Assembly: GCA_035318745.1 (NCBI GenBank)
Contig: DATHEA010000005.1
Span: 88,090 to 152,089 of the forward strand
DNA: 64,000 nucleotides
Direction: 5' to 3'
Source of the DNA: Solirubrobacterales bacterium
Lineage (GTDB): Bacteria; Actinomycetota; Thermoleophilia; Solirubrobacterales; 70-9
Below are positions 49,514-57,968 of this stretch, piece by piece; position 1 is the first letter of the stretch; each line of letters opens with the position of its first letter. The position numbers were made by a program, and so were the translations under genes. Under the pieces are notes generated by a model. The model saw nothing but the letters and a program-made list of their open reading frames with translations, was not told the origin of the DNA and searched no databases.

Positions 49514-51379
49514 CTAGTTCGCGCACCTGTCGAACCAGAGCGTGAAGGCGATCAATCCCCAGAGCTGACGGCTGAGGTCCTCGCGGCCGGCGCAGTGGCG
49601 GTCGAGCAGTGCGGTGACGGTTGCGGGGTCGAGCCAACCCTGTCGCGACAAGGTCTCCGCCGAGAGCGTTTCGCGCGCGAATCCCTGCAGGGGCCCGCGC
49701 AGCCAGGCGGCCACCGGGATCGAAAACCCCTGCTTCGGCCCGCGCAGAACCTCCTTCGGCAGCAGCGGCGCCAGAGCGCTTCGCAGCAGCCGCTTCTTGG
49801 CGAGCCCGCGCACCTTGAGCGGCGTCGCCAGCCCGAGAGCCATCGTCGCCACCTCGTTGTCGAGGAAGGGAACGCGCAGCTCCAGCGAGTGCGCCATGCT
49901 CGAGCGGTCGGTCTTGACCAGCAGGTCGTCGACCAGGTAGATGCCGAGGTCGACGTCTTGGAGGCGGGCAAGCGGCTCAGCCCCCGCGGTCTCGGCATAG
50001 CGCTCGCGGTAGACGTCGACCGGGTCCCAGCCCGGATCGCGATCGCCCAGCAGCGAGGCCTGAAGCTGCCGCGAGAAGATCTCCTTCCAGGCGTGGTGGC
50101 GCTCCAGCGGCGGCAGCCCCGCGCCCCGCGCGAAGCGCTTCGCTTTGTAGTCGAGGCTGACCTTGGAATCGGAGCTGGGCAGCATCTCGGCGAGCGGCGC
50201 GGCGAGGGCGGCGAGACGGCCGACTCGCGGCGCCAGCAGGTCCGCGACGTAGGTGTAGTAGCCGCCGAAGAGCTCGTCGCCCCCCTCCCCCGAGAGGGCG
50301 ACCTTGACCTCGCCCGCGGCCAGCTCGGAGACGAGGTAGGTCGGCAGGGCCGAGGAGTCGCCGAAGGGCTCGTCGAAGGCCTCGACCAGCTTCGGGAAGA
50401 GCTCGACTGCGTCGGGGCGCAGGACGATCTCGTGGTGGTCGGTGCCGTAGCGCTCGGCCACCAGCCGCGCACGGTCGAGCTCGTCGAAGCTCGCCTCCTC
50501 GAAGCCGACGGAGAAGGTCTTCACCGGGTCGGCCTGCTCGCCGGCGGCGAGGGCGACGATCCCGGCCGAGTCGACGCCGCCGGAGAGCAGCACGCCGACC
50601 GGGACGTCGGCGACGAGGTGAGCCCGGATCGAGTCGCGCAGGGTCTCGCGCAGCTCGTCGGCCAAGGCGCTTTCCGGCCTGCGCCTGGTCTCCCCCGCGG
50701 CGACCGGAGACGGCCTGGCGTAACGCGTCTGCGTCAGCTCGCCGTCCCGCCAGACCGCCAGCGTTCCGGCGGGCAGCTTGCGCGCCTCGGCGAAGATCGT
50801 CAGCGGTGCCGGAATCGAATTGAAGGCGAGGTAGGCGGCGACGGCCTGGGGATCGATCTGGCGCGAGAAGCCGGGCTGCTCCAGCATCGCCTTCAACTCG
50901 GAGGCGAACGACAAGGTGCCCGCGGCGAGCCGGTAGTAGAGCGGCTTGATCCCGAAACGGTCGCGGGCCAGAAGGAGGTGGTGCGAGCGCGAGTCCCAGA
51001 GCGCGATCGCGAACATCCCACGCAGGAGCTCGACGAAGCCGTCGCCGTGCTCCTCGTAGAGATGGACCAGAACCTCGGTATCCGAATCGGTTGCGAAACG
51101 GTGGCCGCGCCGCTCCAGCTCGCCGCGCAGCTCGCGGTAGTTGTAGATCTCGCCGTTCTGAACGACGGTGACAGTGCCGTCCTCGTTGGAGATCGGCTGG
51201 TCGCCATGCTCGAGGTCGATGATCGAGAGCCGCCGCATCGCCAGCGCGACCCCTCCTTCGTGGAACAGACCGTCGCTGTCCGGCCCGCGGTGCGTCAGCC
51301 GCGAGTTCATCGCCCTGACCGCATCGACGTCCGCAACCGCACCCCGCTCAGCCATGGCCACTCCACAGATCCCACACAT
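49514..51379 (-). CDS. asnB: asparagine synthase (glutamine-hydrolysing) family amidotransferase
   Basis: N-terminal nucleophile MCGICG, Ntn glutaminase domain and PP-loop LSGGVDSA. 621 aa. Confidence 0.9.
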   Translation of the reverse strand: MCGICGVAMAERGAVADVDAVRAMNSRLTHRGPDSDGLFHEGGVALAMRRLSIIDLEHGDQPISNEDGTVTVVQNGEIYNYRELRGELERRGHRFATDSDTEVLVHLYEEHGDGFVELLRGMFAIALWDSRSHHLLLARDRFGIKPLYYRLAAGTLSFASELKAMLEQPGFSRQIDPQAVAAYLAFNSIPAPLTIFAEARKLPAGTLAVWRDGELTQTRYARPSPVAAGETRRRPESALADELRETLRDSIRAHLVADVPVGVLLSGGVDSAGIVALAAGEQADPVKTFSVGFEEASFDELDRARLVAERYGTDHHEIVLRPDAVELFPKLVEAFDEPFGDSSALPTYLVSELAAGEVKVALSGEGGDELFGGYYTYVADLLAPRVGRLAALAAPLAEMLPSSDSKVSLDYKAKRFARGAGLPPLERHHAWKEIFSRQLQASLLGDRDPGWDPVDVYRERYAETAGAEPLARLQDVDLGIYLVDDLLVKTDRSSMAHSLELRVPFLDNEVATMALGLATPLKVRGLAKKRLLRSALAPLLPKEVLRGPKQGFSIPVAAWLRGPLQGFARETLSAETLSRQGWLDPATVTALLDRHCAGREDLSRQLWGLIAFTLWFDRCAN

Positions 51380-51397
51380 GGCCGCGCAGTCTCGCAG

Positions 51398-51447
51398 GAC
51401 GTGCCGGTGCTGCGAGGTCCATATGGACCTCGCAGCACCGGCACGTC
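51398..51447. repeat. perfect 50-nt palindrome (candidate inter-cistronic hairpin/terminator)
   Basis: gacgtgccggtgctgcgaggtccatatggacctcgcagcaccggcacgtc is its own reverse complement. It lies between the sugar transferase stop (overlapping it by 2 nt) and the asnB start (51379). No U-tract on either side. Confidence 0.9.
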
Positions 51448-52255
51448 AGCCGGGGGCGGCGGGGCCGCGGCCCAGGACCTTGACCACGGTGGCCAGGAGG
51501 ACGCTGATGTAGAGCGGCACGGAGCGGTCGGCGATGTACTCCATGTCGTGGGCGAGCTTGTCGGCCCAGGACTCCTCGCGGGTCATCCGCGTCTGGGCGA
51601 AGCCGGTGACGCCCGGGCGAACCACCAGCCGCTGCCAGTACTGCGGGATCTCGCGGCAGAGCTCGGTGAAGAAGGCCGGGCGGATCGGCCGCGGCCCGAC
51701 CACCGCCATGTCTCCTCGCAGGACGTTCCACAGCTGCGGTACCTCGTCGAGATGGACCTTCCGCAGCACCCGTCCGATGCGCGTCACCTCTTCTTCGGTG
51801 CGCCGGGTGAGCTCCTCCCCCAGGTACGGGCCAAGGCGGTCCTCGGCATCCGGCTTCAGGGTGCGGAACTTGTACATGCGGAAGAGCCGCCCGCCTCTGC
51901 CCACGCGGGCACCGTGGTAGAAGAGCGGCCGGCCCGAGGTGAGCACGATCGCCAGCGCGGTCAGCGCCAGAAGCGGCGCCAGAATCAACAAAAAGGAAAA
52001 TGAAATAAAGATGTCCAGGCCCCTGAGGAGAGAATCTACTGAGCGCCTCTCACCATCGCCGGCGAGCGCGATGAAGTGCTCCAGCTCGGCCTGGACGTCG
52101 GCGGGCAGGGTTGGTGCCGTGTCAGGCAACGTTCGCCTTCTCTGGCTTGCCCTCGCCGCGCCTGGCGGCGTCCTCGACCACTCGACGTGGCTCTGCCACG
52201 CCTTCGGGTCTGCGTCCTTGCCAGGCACGACGATGACTGCGCCAGAACCGGGCAA
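51446..52255 (-). CDS. monotopic phosphoglycosyl (bacterial sugar) transferase
   Basis: LILAPLLALTALAIVLTSGRPLFY...MYKFRTL...DEVPQLWNVLRGDMAVVGPRP matches the Bac_transf domain pattern. The exact start is uncertain. Confidence 0.85.
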   Translation of the reverse strand: MPGSGAVIVVPGKDADPKAWQSHVEWSRTPPGAARASQRRRTLPDTAPTLPADVQAELEHFIALAGDGERRSVDSLLRGLDIFISFSFLLILAPLLALTALAIVLTSGRPLFYHGARVGRGGRLFRMYKFRTLKPDAEDRLGPYLGEELTRRTEEEVTRIGRVLRKVHLDEVPQLWNVLRGDMAVVGPRPIRPAFFTELCREIPQYWQRLVVRPGVTGFAQTRMTREESWADKLAHDMEYIADRSVPLYISVLLATVVKVLGRGPAAPG

Positions 52256-52281
52256 ACGTCACCGGACACGGCACTAGGGAT

Positions 52282-53322
52282 TCAGCTCGAGATGTGGCTT
52301 GCCGCGGGATGGTCGGCTCCGACGGTACCTAGAATGGTCTCGACCAGCAGACCAGGGTCTCGCCTGATCGGAGTCGCGTCCGCAGTCCGTTTCTCGAGCT
52401 GAATCGCGCGCGGGTCGGTCAGCGGCCGCAACCGTCCCGACCTGATCAGCGCTTCGTCGACGCCGCCGAGGCGCCCGCCGTAGGTCGTGTAGACGGGCGT
52501 GCCCAGCGCCGCCGCCTCGCGGTTCATCGTTCCCCCGGCGGAGACGACGAGGTCCGCGAGCGCCACCAGGCTCTGCGCCTCGACGGCGCCGGGTGGCAGG
52601 ATCAGCGACGGCAGCGCGAGGCTCTCGACCAGCTCGCGCTGCGCCTGGGTGCGGGGCAGGACGATCGCGTGCACGTTCTCGTCGGTGCCGAGCCGTTGCA
52701 GGACTTTCGGGAAGAGCGGGTTCGACTTGCGGTGGTAGAGCGAGACGTCGGGGGGCGGCCGCACGACCACGACGACGCGCCCGGTGTCGACCGAGAGGCG
52801 CTCGAGCGAATCGGGGTCCGGCTCGAAGTCATAGAGGTAGTACTCCTCCTTCAGCCCCGGATAGGGGAAGAGCTTCTCGGGCCCGACGCCGAAGCGGCGC
52901 AAGCGCTCGGCGGGCACCGTGTCGGGGAACATCACCCGCTTGGCGAGCCGGCAGCCGATCCGGTGCTGGGTGACCGCGTACTCGTAGTCGTGCATGTTGG
53001 TCTCGGGAATGCCGAGCAGGCGCGCCGCGATCGCCAGGTCGTTGGAGCCATGGGCGAGGGCGAGGTCGAAGGAGCGGCCGCGGCCGAAGCGGATCATCGC
53101 CGTGGTGCGAGCGCCGAGCCGCAGCGCCTTGCGTACCCGCGAGGCGCCGCCGTGGCGGCCGATCGGCGTGTGCTCCATCCCGTGCAGCTCGAGCAGCGCC
53201 TGCGTCTGAGCGTAGTCGCGCGAGGTGACCTCGACCTTGTGACCCTGGGCGCGGAGACGCTCGATGATCGGACGCAGAACAAGCACATGCGCCGGCGCGC
53301 TCATGTCGACCCATATGTTCAT
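52282..53322 (-). CDS. DUF354 family protein (GT-B/epimerase-like fold)
   Basis: From the ATG at 53322, MNIWVDMSAPAHVLVLRPIIERLRAQGHKVEVTSRDYAQTQALLELHG is the typical DUF354 N-terminus. Confidence 0.65.
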   Translation of the reverse strand: MNIWVDMSAPAHVLVLRPIIERLRAQGHKVEVTSRDYAQTQALLELHGMEHTPIGRHGGASRVRKALRLGARTTAMIRFGRGRSFDLALAHGSNDLAIAARLLGIPETNMHDYEYAVTQHRIGCRLAKRVMFPDTVPAERLRRFGVGPEKLFPYPGLKEEYYLYDFEPDPDSLERLSVDTGRVVVVVRPPPDVSLYHRKSNPLFPKVLQRLGTDENVHAIVLPRTQAQRELVESLALPSLILPPGAVEAQSLVALADLVVSAGGTMNREAAALGTPVYTTYGGRLGGVDEALIRSGRLRPLTDPRAIQLEKRTADATPIRRDPGLLVETILGTVGADHPAASHISS

Positions 53323-53423
53323 CGGCAGACCATAGTGCTCGGTGGAGTGAACACCCACGGTCGACTGAGAGGTCGGCACTCCGCTATTGGGAGTCGGGTG
53401 AGCGGTCTGCTATAGGTCACGCG

Positions 53424-53984
53424 ATGGCGATGAACCTCTTCGCAACCGGCATAGTGCTCGGGATCGTCATCTCCGTGCCGCCGGGCCCCAATGCCGCCCT
53501 GTGCATCGACCTGGCCCGCGGCGGCGTGCGGCGGGCCATACCGCTGATCACCGGGGCCGCCCTGACGGATGCCGCGTACTCCCTGCTCGCAGCATCGGGG
53601 GTCTTGATCGCGGGCCGAGCGAGTTCTAGTGCCCTCGCCGTCCTCGCCCCATGCTTCCTACTCGGCACCGCGATCCTGTTCTGGTCGCCGGCCTCGATCT
53701 CCCCCAAGGCGGCGGTTGGCATCGCCCTGCTGAACCCGGCCACCGCAGCTATCTGGCTGAGCCTCTCCTCCACCCCGGCCCTGCGGGCCATCTCGACTCC
53801 CGACCTCTTGATACGCCCACTGCCGGTCGCGCTTGGCACCGCCGCATGGTTCACCCTGCTCGCGGTCGTGTCCGCCAAGCTCAGCTTTCGCCTCACCCCG
53901 CAACTCACCGCAAACCTACGGAAACTGCTGGCCGTGTCACTTGCCGTGCTCGGCCTGGTCAGCCTGGGACCCATCCTCTTCTGA
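53424..53984 (+). CDS. LysE/RhtB-type amino-acid exporter family protein (short)
   Basis: 186 aa with about 5-6 TM helices. N-terminus GIVLGIVISVPPGPNAALCI resembles the LysE superfamily motif. It overlaps the convergent 53937..55823 gene by 48 nt. Confidence 0.55.
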   Translation: MAMNLFATGIVLGIVISVPPGPNAALCIDLARGGVRRAIPLITGAALTDAAYSLLAASGVLIAGRASSSALAVLAPCFLLGTAILFWSPASISPKAAVGIALLNPATAAIWLSLSSTPALRAISTPDLLIRPLPVALGTAAWFTLLAVVSAKLSFRLTPQLTANLRKLLAVSLAVLGLVSLGPILF

Positions 53985-55823
53985 TGGCTCAGATTGTCCC
54001 GCGCAGTGCGGGGTGGTTACGACCTTGACGTCTTTGAGGTCGTCGAATTCCCGCCGCACCGCAAAGCAGGCCTCACTTGCCCTCAACCGACCGGCCTCGG
54101 TGTTGGCAAACAACAGGCCGCAGACGGTACCGGTATGCCCGACGTTGACCCCAAGAGCGCCGAACTCATCGAGTCGATCGCTCAGGTTGCAGCAATAGGG
54201 ACTGAGGAGAAACCGTTCATTGAGCCCCGCCGATCTCGTCGACTGCGCGGCGAAGTTGGCCAGCGACCGCTCGGAAATCGCCCGGTCCATGTTTTCCAAG
54301 AGAACCTCGTACTCCGTAGCGAGCTGCTCTTGGCCGGCGAAGCCGATCGACTGAGTGTCGACGCTGTCGTGGGGCACGAGCATCACGATCACGAACTCCG
54401 GGTACCAATCCCAGGCTTTGACGAGCTCGCAGGTCTTGTGGTTGACGGCGGCGATACCCGGATACATCGAGCCATCGGATGACTCCACCCTTGCCGCGAG
54501 CGCCCCCTCCTCGGCAACATCGAGACGCTCCCCAGCCGCATTCGCGACGGCGCGGATGCCGGAAAGGACGTCGGCGGTGCTGGAGCCCATGCCCTTGCCG
54601 ATGTCGATGTCGCTCCAGTGGCGGATCGTCACCTCGGTCGGCCCAAGATCCAGTCTCTCAACGGTGTACTCGATCGCGAGACCCAGCTTGCGATGGTGCT
54701 CGCTCAGGCCGATCACCGACAGCTCGCGGGCGGGTCGAAGCTTCGCCACCACATTTGCACTCTTATTGATCGGACAGGTCACGTGGAACGGGGTGCCGTC
54801 CGGCAAGATGCCCTGGATGAACTCCCCACAGGTGCCGGGCGCGGTGCCCTGGCCCTCCCGGGCGCCGGGACGCTTCGTCCGTGTCCCTGCGGTGCTAATG
54901 CCACCGGGCTTCGCGCTCGAATCGCCTGGCCGTACACCCATCGCCGGGGGGAGCCCGTTGCGCAGATCCCAGAAAGGGCTGTGGATCGACCAGCCCTCGG
55001 GCGCGGGGTCAAGGATGTAGGAGGTCGCGGTCGTGGCCGCCCAATCCTCCGCCCAGCGCTCGGTCACCGACATCGCCGCGACGACTTCCTCCTCGAACAA
55101 CACGCCCCGCTCCTCTCCGCATACCAGATGAACGAAATCTCCGGCCTCGCTGCGCAAGAGGAGGGTAATGGTCCCAACCGGATGCGCCAGGATGGAATCC
55201 GCGACAGCGCTGTGGGTGAGCAGCTCGACGATGGCATCGTGGAGCAGCGGGCCCATAACGTTCCAGTAGTGCTCGTTGCCGGTTGGCCAAGGGTCGCGGC
55301 CGGAGTGCACGACCCTGTTGCGATAGGCGATCAGGCGCTGCCAGGCCTCCCACCAATCCAGCCGGTCCCCCTCTTCTCCGAGACCATCCTTGACGTAGTG
55401 GGAAACGTCGATCGCCGCCGAAGAGGCCCCCGGGCTCAGACCAGCAACGGCGGCATCGAGAGCGCCGACCGCTGCCGCGAACCGCCGCACGTCGTCGAGC
55501 TGCGCAGCAGAAAGGCCATCGACCCGCGGAACGAGCGGATCCGGCATGGCCTTGGCACTGACTCTGAACAGATCCAGGACGCGGCCCATGGTAAGGGGCT
55601 TGTTCCGCGACTTCTCGATCAGGGACTCGACGTTCCCGACCAGCTCGGTACAGCGGGTTCGGTAGTCCGAGAGCGAGAGAGACGCCAGATAACCGAGAGC
55701 CGCCTCGGCGAAGTCGAGCAATCCCTTGTGCCTGCTGCTCCAGTCCCGCGCACGCACTGCGTCGCCGTAGGCATTGCGCAACTCCGGCGGAAAATCGCGG
55801 TACAACAATCGATTCGGCTGCAT
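53937..55823 (-). CDS. fusion protein: unknown N-terminal domain with RNxxxH (HEPN-like) motif plus C-terminal PduX-like GHMP kinase
   Basis: Residues ~326-628 carry GTAPGTCGEFIQG (PduX-type N-terminal motif) and GHMP motif II GKGMGSSTADV. Residues 1-~300 match no family I can name but contain LIAYRNRVVHSG (R168-H173, nt 55305-55322). The linker is Gly/Pro/Ser/Arg-rich. Confidence 0.7.
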   Translation of the reverse strand: MQPNRLLYRDFPPELRNAYGDAVRARDWSSRHKGLLDFAEAALGYLASLSLSDYRTRCTELVGNVESLIEKSRNKPLTMGRVLDLFRVSAKAMPDPLVPRVDGLSAAQLDDVRRFAAAVGALDAAVAGLSPGASSAAIDVSHYVKDGLGEEGDRLDWWEAWQRLIAYRNRVVHSGRDPWPTGNEHYWNVMGPLLHDAIVELLTHSAVADSILAHPVGTITLLLRSEAGDFVHLVCGEERGVLFEEEVVAAMSVTERWAEDWAATTATSYILDPAPEGWSIHSPFWDLRNGLPPAMGVRPGDSSAKPGGISTAGTRTKRPGAREGQGTAPGTCGEFIQGILPDGTPFHVTCPINKSANVVAKLRPARELSVIGLSEHHRKLGLAIEYTVERLDLGPTEVTIRHWSDIDIGKGMGSSTADVLSGIRAVANAAGERLDVAEEGALAARVESSDGSMYPGIAAVNHKTCELVKAWDWYPEFVIVMLVPHDSVDTQSIGFAGQEQLATEYEVLLENMDRAISERSLANFAAQSTRSAGLNERFLLSPYCCNLSDRLDEFGALGVNVGHTGTVCGLLFANTEAGRLRASEACFAVRREFDDLKDVKVVTTPHCAGQSEPSEEDGSQADQAEHGK

Positions 55824-55857
55824 CGGGTGCCCTAAAGGATGCCTAGGGCGAGGGCGA

Positions 55858-57123
55858 TTAGACTGCTTCGTTGCTCACCGTGCGGCATCCCGGTGCCGGA
55901 TATCGGCTCATCAGGTCATGGACCTCGGCTCGCACCCGCTCGGCAACCGAACCGTCAGCCGGTGCGGATACGACCTCATCCATCCAATCGGCCACCTGAC
56001 TCATGTGCTCCTCCCCAAGCCCTCTGGTGGTAGCGGCGGGCGTGCCGATCCTGACTCCCGACGGGTCCAGCGGTTTGCGCGGATCGAAGGGGATCGAGTT
56101 GGCGTTGGAGACGATCCCGGCGCGGGACAGCGCGCTCGCCGCCTCCTTGCCGCTCAAGCCCTTGGCGGTCATGTCGAGCAGGATCAGGTGATTGTCGGTG
56201 CCGCCTGAGACGAGGCTGAACCCCCTCTCGATCAGAGCCTCCGCCAGCACCTGGGCGCTGGCGACAACCGCCTGGGCATAGTCGCTGAACTCCGGCGCCA
56301 GTGCCTCGCCGAGCGTGGCTGCGATTGCAGCGGTCTGATGCTGGTGCGGCCCGCCCTGGAGTCCCGGAAAGACTGCTCGGTCGATTGCCTTGGCATGCTC
56401 CTCGCGACAAAGCAGGATCGCGCCCCTCGGTCCCCGCAGCGTCTTGTGCGTAGTCGTCATCACGATGTCGGCGTGTGGGATTGGAGAAGGATGAGCCCCG
56501 CCCGCAATCAGGCCGGCGATGTGGGAGACGTCGGCAGCCATCAGGGCTCCGACCTCATGGGCTATCTCGGCAAAGCCGGCGAAATCGATCGTGCGCGGGA
56601 CCGCCGTCCCCCCACAGAACAGGAGCTTCGGCCGCCGATCGAGAGCCAGATCGCGAACGGCGTCCATGTCGACCCGGCCACTGTCACGCTCGACGCCATA
56701 GTGAACCGCGTCGAACCAGATCCCCGTAGCCGAAACCCGCCAGCCGTGGGTTAGATGACCGCCGGCTGGCAGGGAAAGACCCATGACCGTATCCCCCGGC
56801 TGGAGGAAGGCGAGGTAGATGGCAAGGTTCGCCGGTGACCCCGAGTAGGGCTGGACGTTGGCGTGCTCGGCACCGAAGAGCTCCTTTGCGCGGGATACCG
56901 CCAGTCGCTCAACCTCGTCGATCACCTCGTTGCCCTCGTAGTAGCGGCGGCCGGGATAGCCCTCCGAGTACTTGTTGACCAATACCGAGCCATTCGCTTC
57001 GAGCACCGCGGTCGAGCAGTAGTTCTCCGAGGGGATCAGGCAGAGCGAATTTGCCTGCCGCTCATCCTCTCTGCGAAGAAGCTCGGCGAGCTCAGGGTCG
57101 GTGAAATCGATTGCGTCGCTCAC
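55858..57123 (-). CDS. glyA: serine hydroxymethyltransferase
   Basis: 421 aa. GYPGRRYYEG, PLP-lysine region TTTHKTLRGPRG and GGPHQH. Confidence 0.95.
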   Translation of the reverse strand: MSDAIDFTDPELAELLRREDERQANSLCLIPSENYCSTAVLEANGSVLVNKYSEGYPGRRYYEGNEVIDEVERLAVSRAKELFGAEHANVQPYSGSPANLAIYLAFLQPGDTVMGLSLPAGGHLTHGWRVSATGIWFDAVHYGVERDSGRVDMDAVRDLALDRRPKLLFCGGTAVPRTIDFAGFAEIAHEVGALMAADVSHIAGLIAGGAHPSPIPHADIVMTTTHKTLRGPRGAILLCREEHAKAIDRAVFPGLQGGPHQHQTAAIAATLGEALAPEFSDYAQAVVASAQVLAEALIERGFSLVSGGTDNHLILLDMTAKGLSGKEAASALSRAGIVSNANSIPFDPRKPLDPSGVRIGTPAATTRGLGEEHMSQVADWMDEVVSAPADGSVAERVRAEVHDLMSRYPAPGCRTVSNEAV

Positions 57124-57206
57124 TATGGCCGATGCTACCAGCGCAAGTCAGGCGGATTTCCCAGCGGTGGCCGGATCGAGGCCCCCTCGGCGAGAGAGAT
57201 AGCCTG

Positions 57207-57968
57207 ATGGCGGTGAAGGCTCGCTCGACGCTGGCAATCGCCACCCTCCTCTTGCTCGCAGCACCGGCCGCTTCGGCGGCGCCGACCAACCCCTGCGAAG
57301 GCCCCGAAGCTCGCCATCTGCTCTGCCCCGATCTGAGGATCGGCAAGCCGAGCGAAATTTACGTCTCGAGCTACGGCGGCAGGGTCCTGTTGCGGGCGAC
57401 GAGCGACGTTATGAGCCGCGGCACGGGCCCGATGGAGCTGCGCGGCCACCGCGATGGCTGGCACACGATGCGGGTCAACCAGCGGATCCACCGCAAGGGC
57501 GGCGGCCGCCTCGTCGTCAGGACCGCTGCCACCCTGCACTTCACCGACGTCGGCACGTACTTCGGCGGCAGCTACTGGAAGGTGCACCAGCTTGCCCTGT
57601 TCGAGCTGCGCCGGGTCGGGCCGGACGGCAAGAACGGGCCGGTCATCCGCACCGGGCCCAAGCTCAACTACTGCCTGCGCGATCTCGAGCGCACCCGCCC
57701 CGGCAAGCGCTCGCCCAGCGTCCGTCACTACCCCGGTTGCGACCAGGACCCCTACACCGACGCGGTCACGCTCGGCACCTCGGTCGGCTGGTCGGACATC
57801 TACCCGGCCGATTACGACAAGCAATGGATAGACGTCAGCGGCCTGCGCGGCTGCTTCGTCTTCACGATGACCGTCGACCCCAAGGAGTTGCTCTTCGAGT
57901 CGAACGAGCACGACAACACCTCACACCGCCTAGTCCGACTCCCCTACCGCGGTCAACCGGGCTGCTAG
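57207..57968 (+). CDS. secreted lysyl-oxidase-like domain protein
   Basis: Signal peptide MAVKARSTLAIATLLLLAAPAASA. By-eye alignment to the animal LOX catalytic domain: PDL...RVLLRxxxxVxxxGTG, GPKLNYCLRD (LOX GHKASFCLED) and GWSDIYPADYDKQWIDVSGL...VDPKELLFESNEHDN (LOX [20 protein letters not shown]...VNPSYLVPESDYTNN). Confidence 0.6.
   Translation: MAVKARSTLAIATLLLLAAPAASAAPTNPCEGPEARHLLCPDLRIGKPSEIYVSSYGGRVLLRATSDVMSRGTGPMELRGHRDGWHTMRVNQRIHRKGGGRLVVRTAATLHFTDVGTYFGGSYWKVHQLALFELRRVGPDGKNGPVIRTGPKLNYCLRDLERTRPGKRSPSVRHYPGCDQDPYTDAVTLGTSVGWSDIYPADYDKQWIDVSGLRGCFVFTMTVDPKELLFESNEHDNTSHRLVRLPYRGQPGC

Noticed and set aside
49190-52003. A 937-aa plus-strand ORF. Similar very long ORFs are 59406..62009 +, 15383..17494 +, 29122..30999 +, 12624..14342 +, 1917..3062 - and 38539..39900 +.
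   Set aside because: All lie antisense to genes with clear family signatures (wecA/asnB, prfA/DUF1385, ftsEX, secA, rnr, purU, LCP). Their translations are Arg/Gly/Asp/Pro-rich low complexity with no motifs. They are typical stop-codon-poor shadow frames of a ~70% G+C genome.
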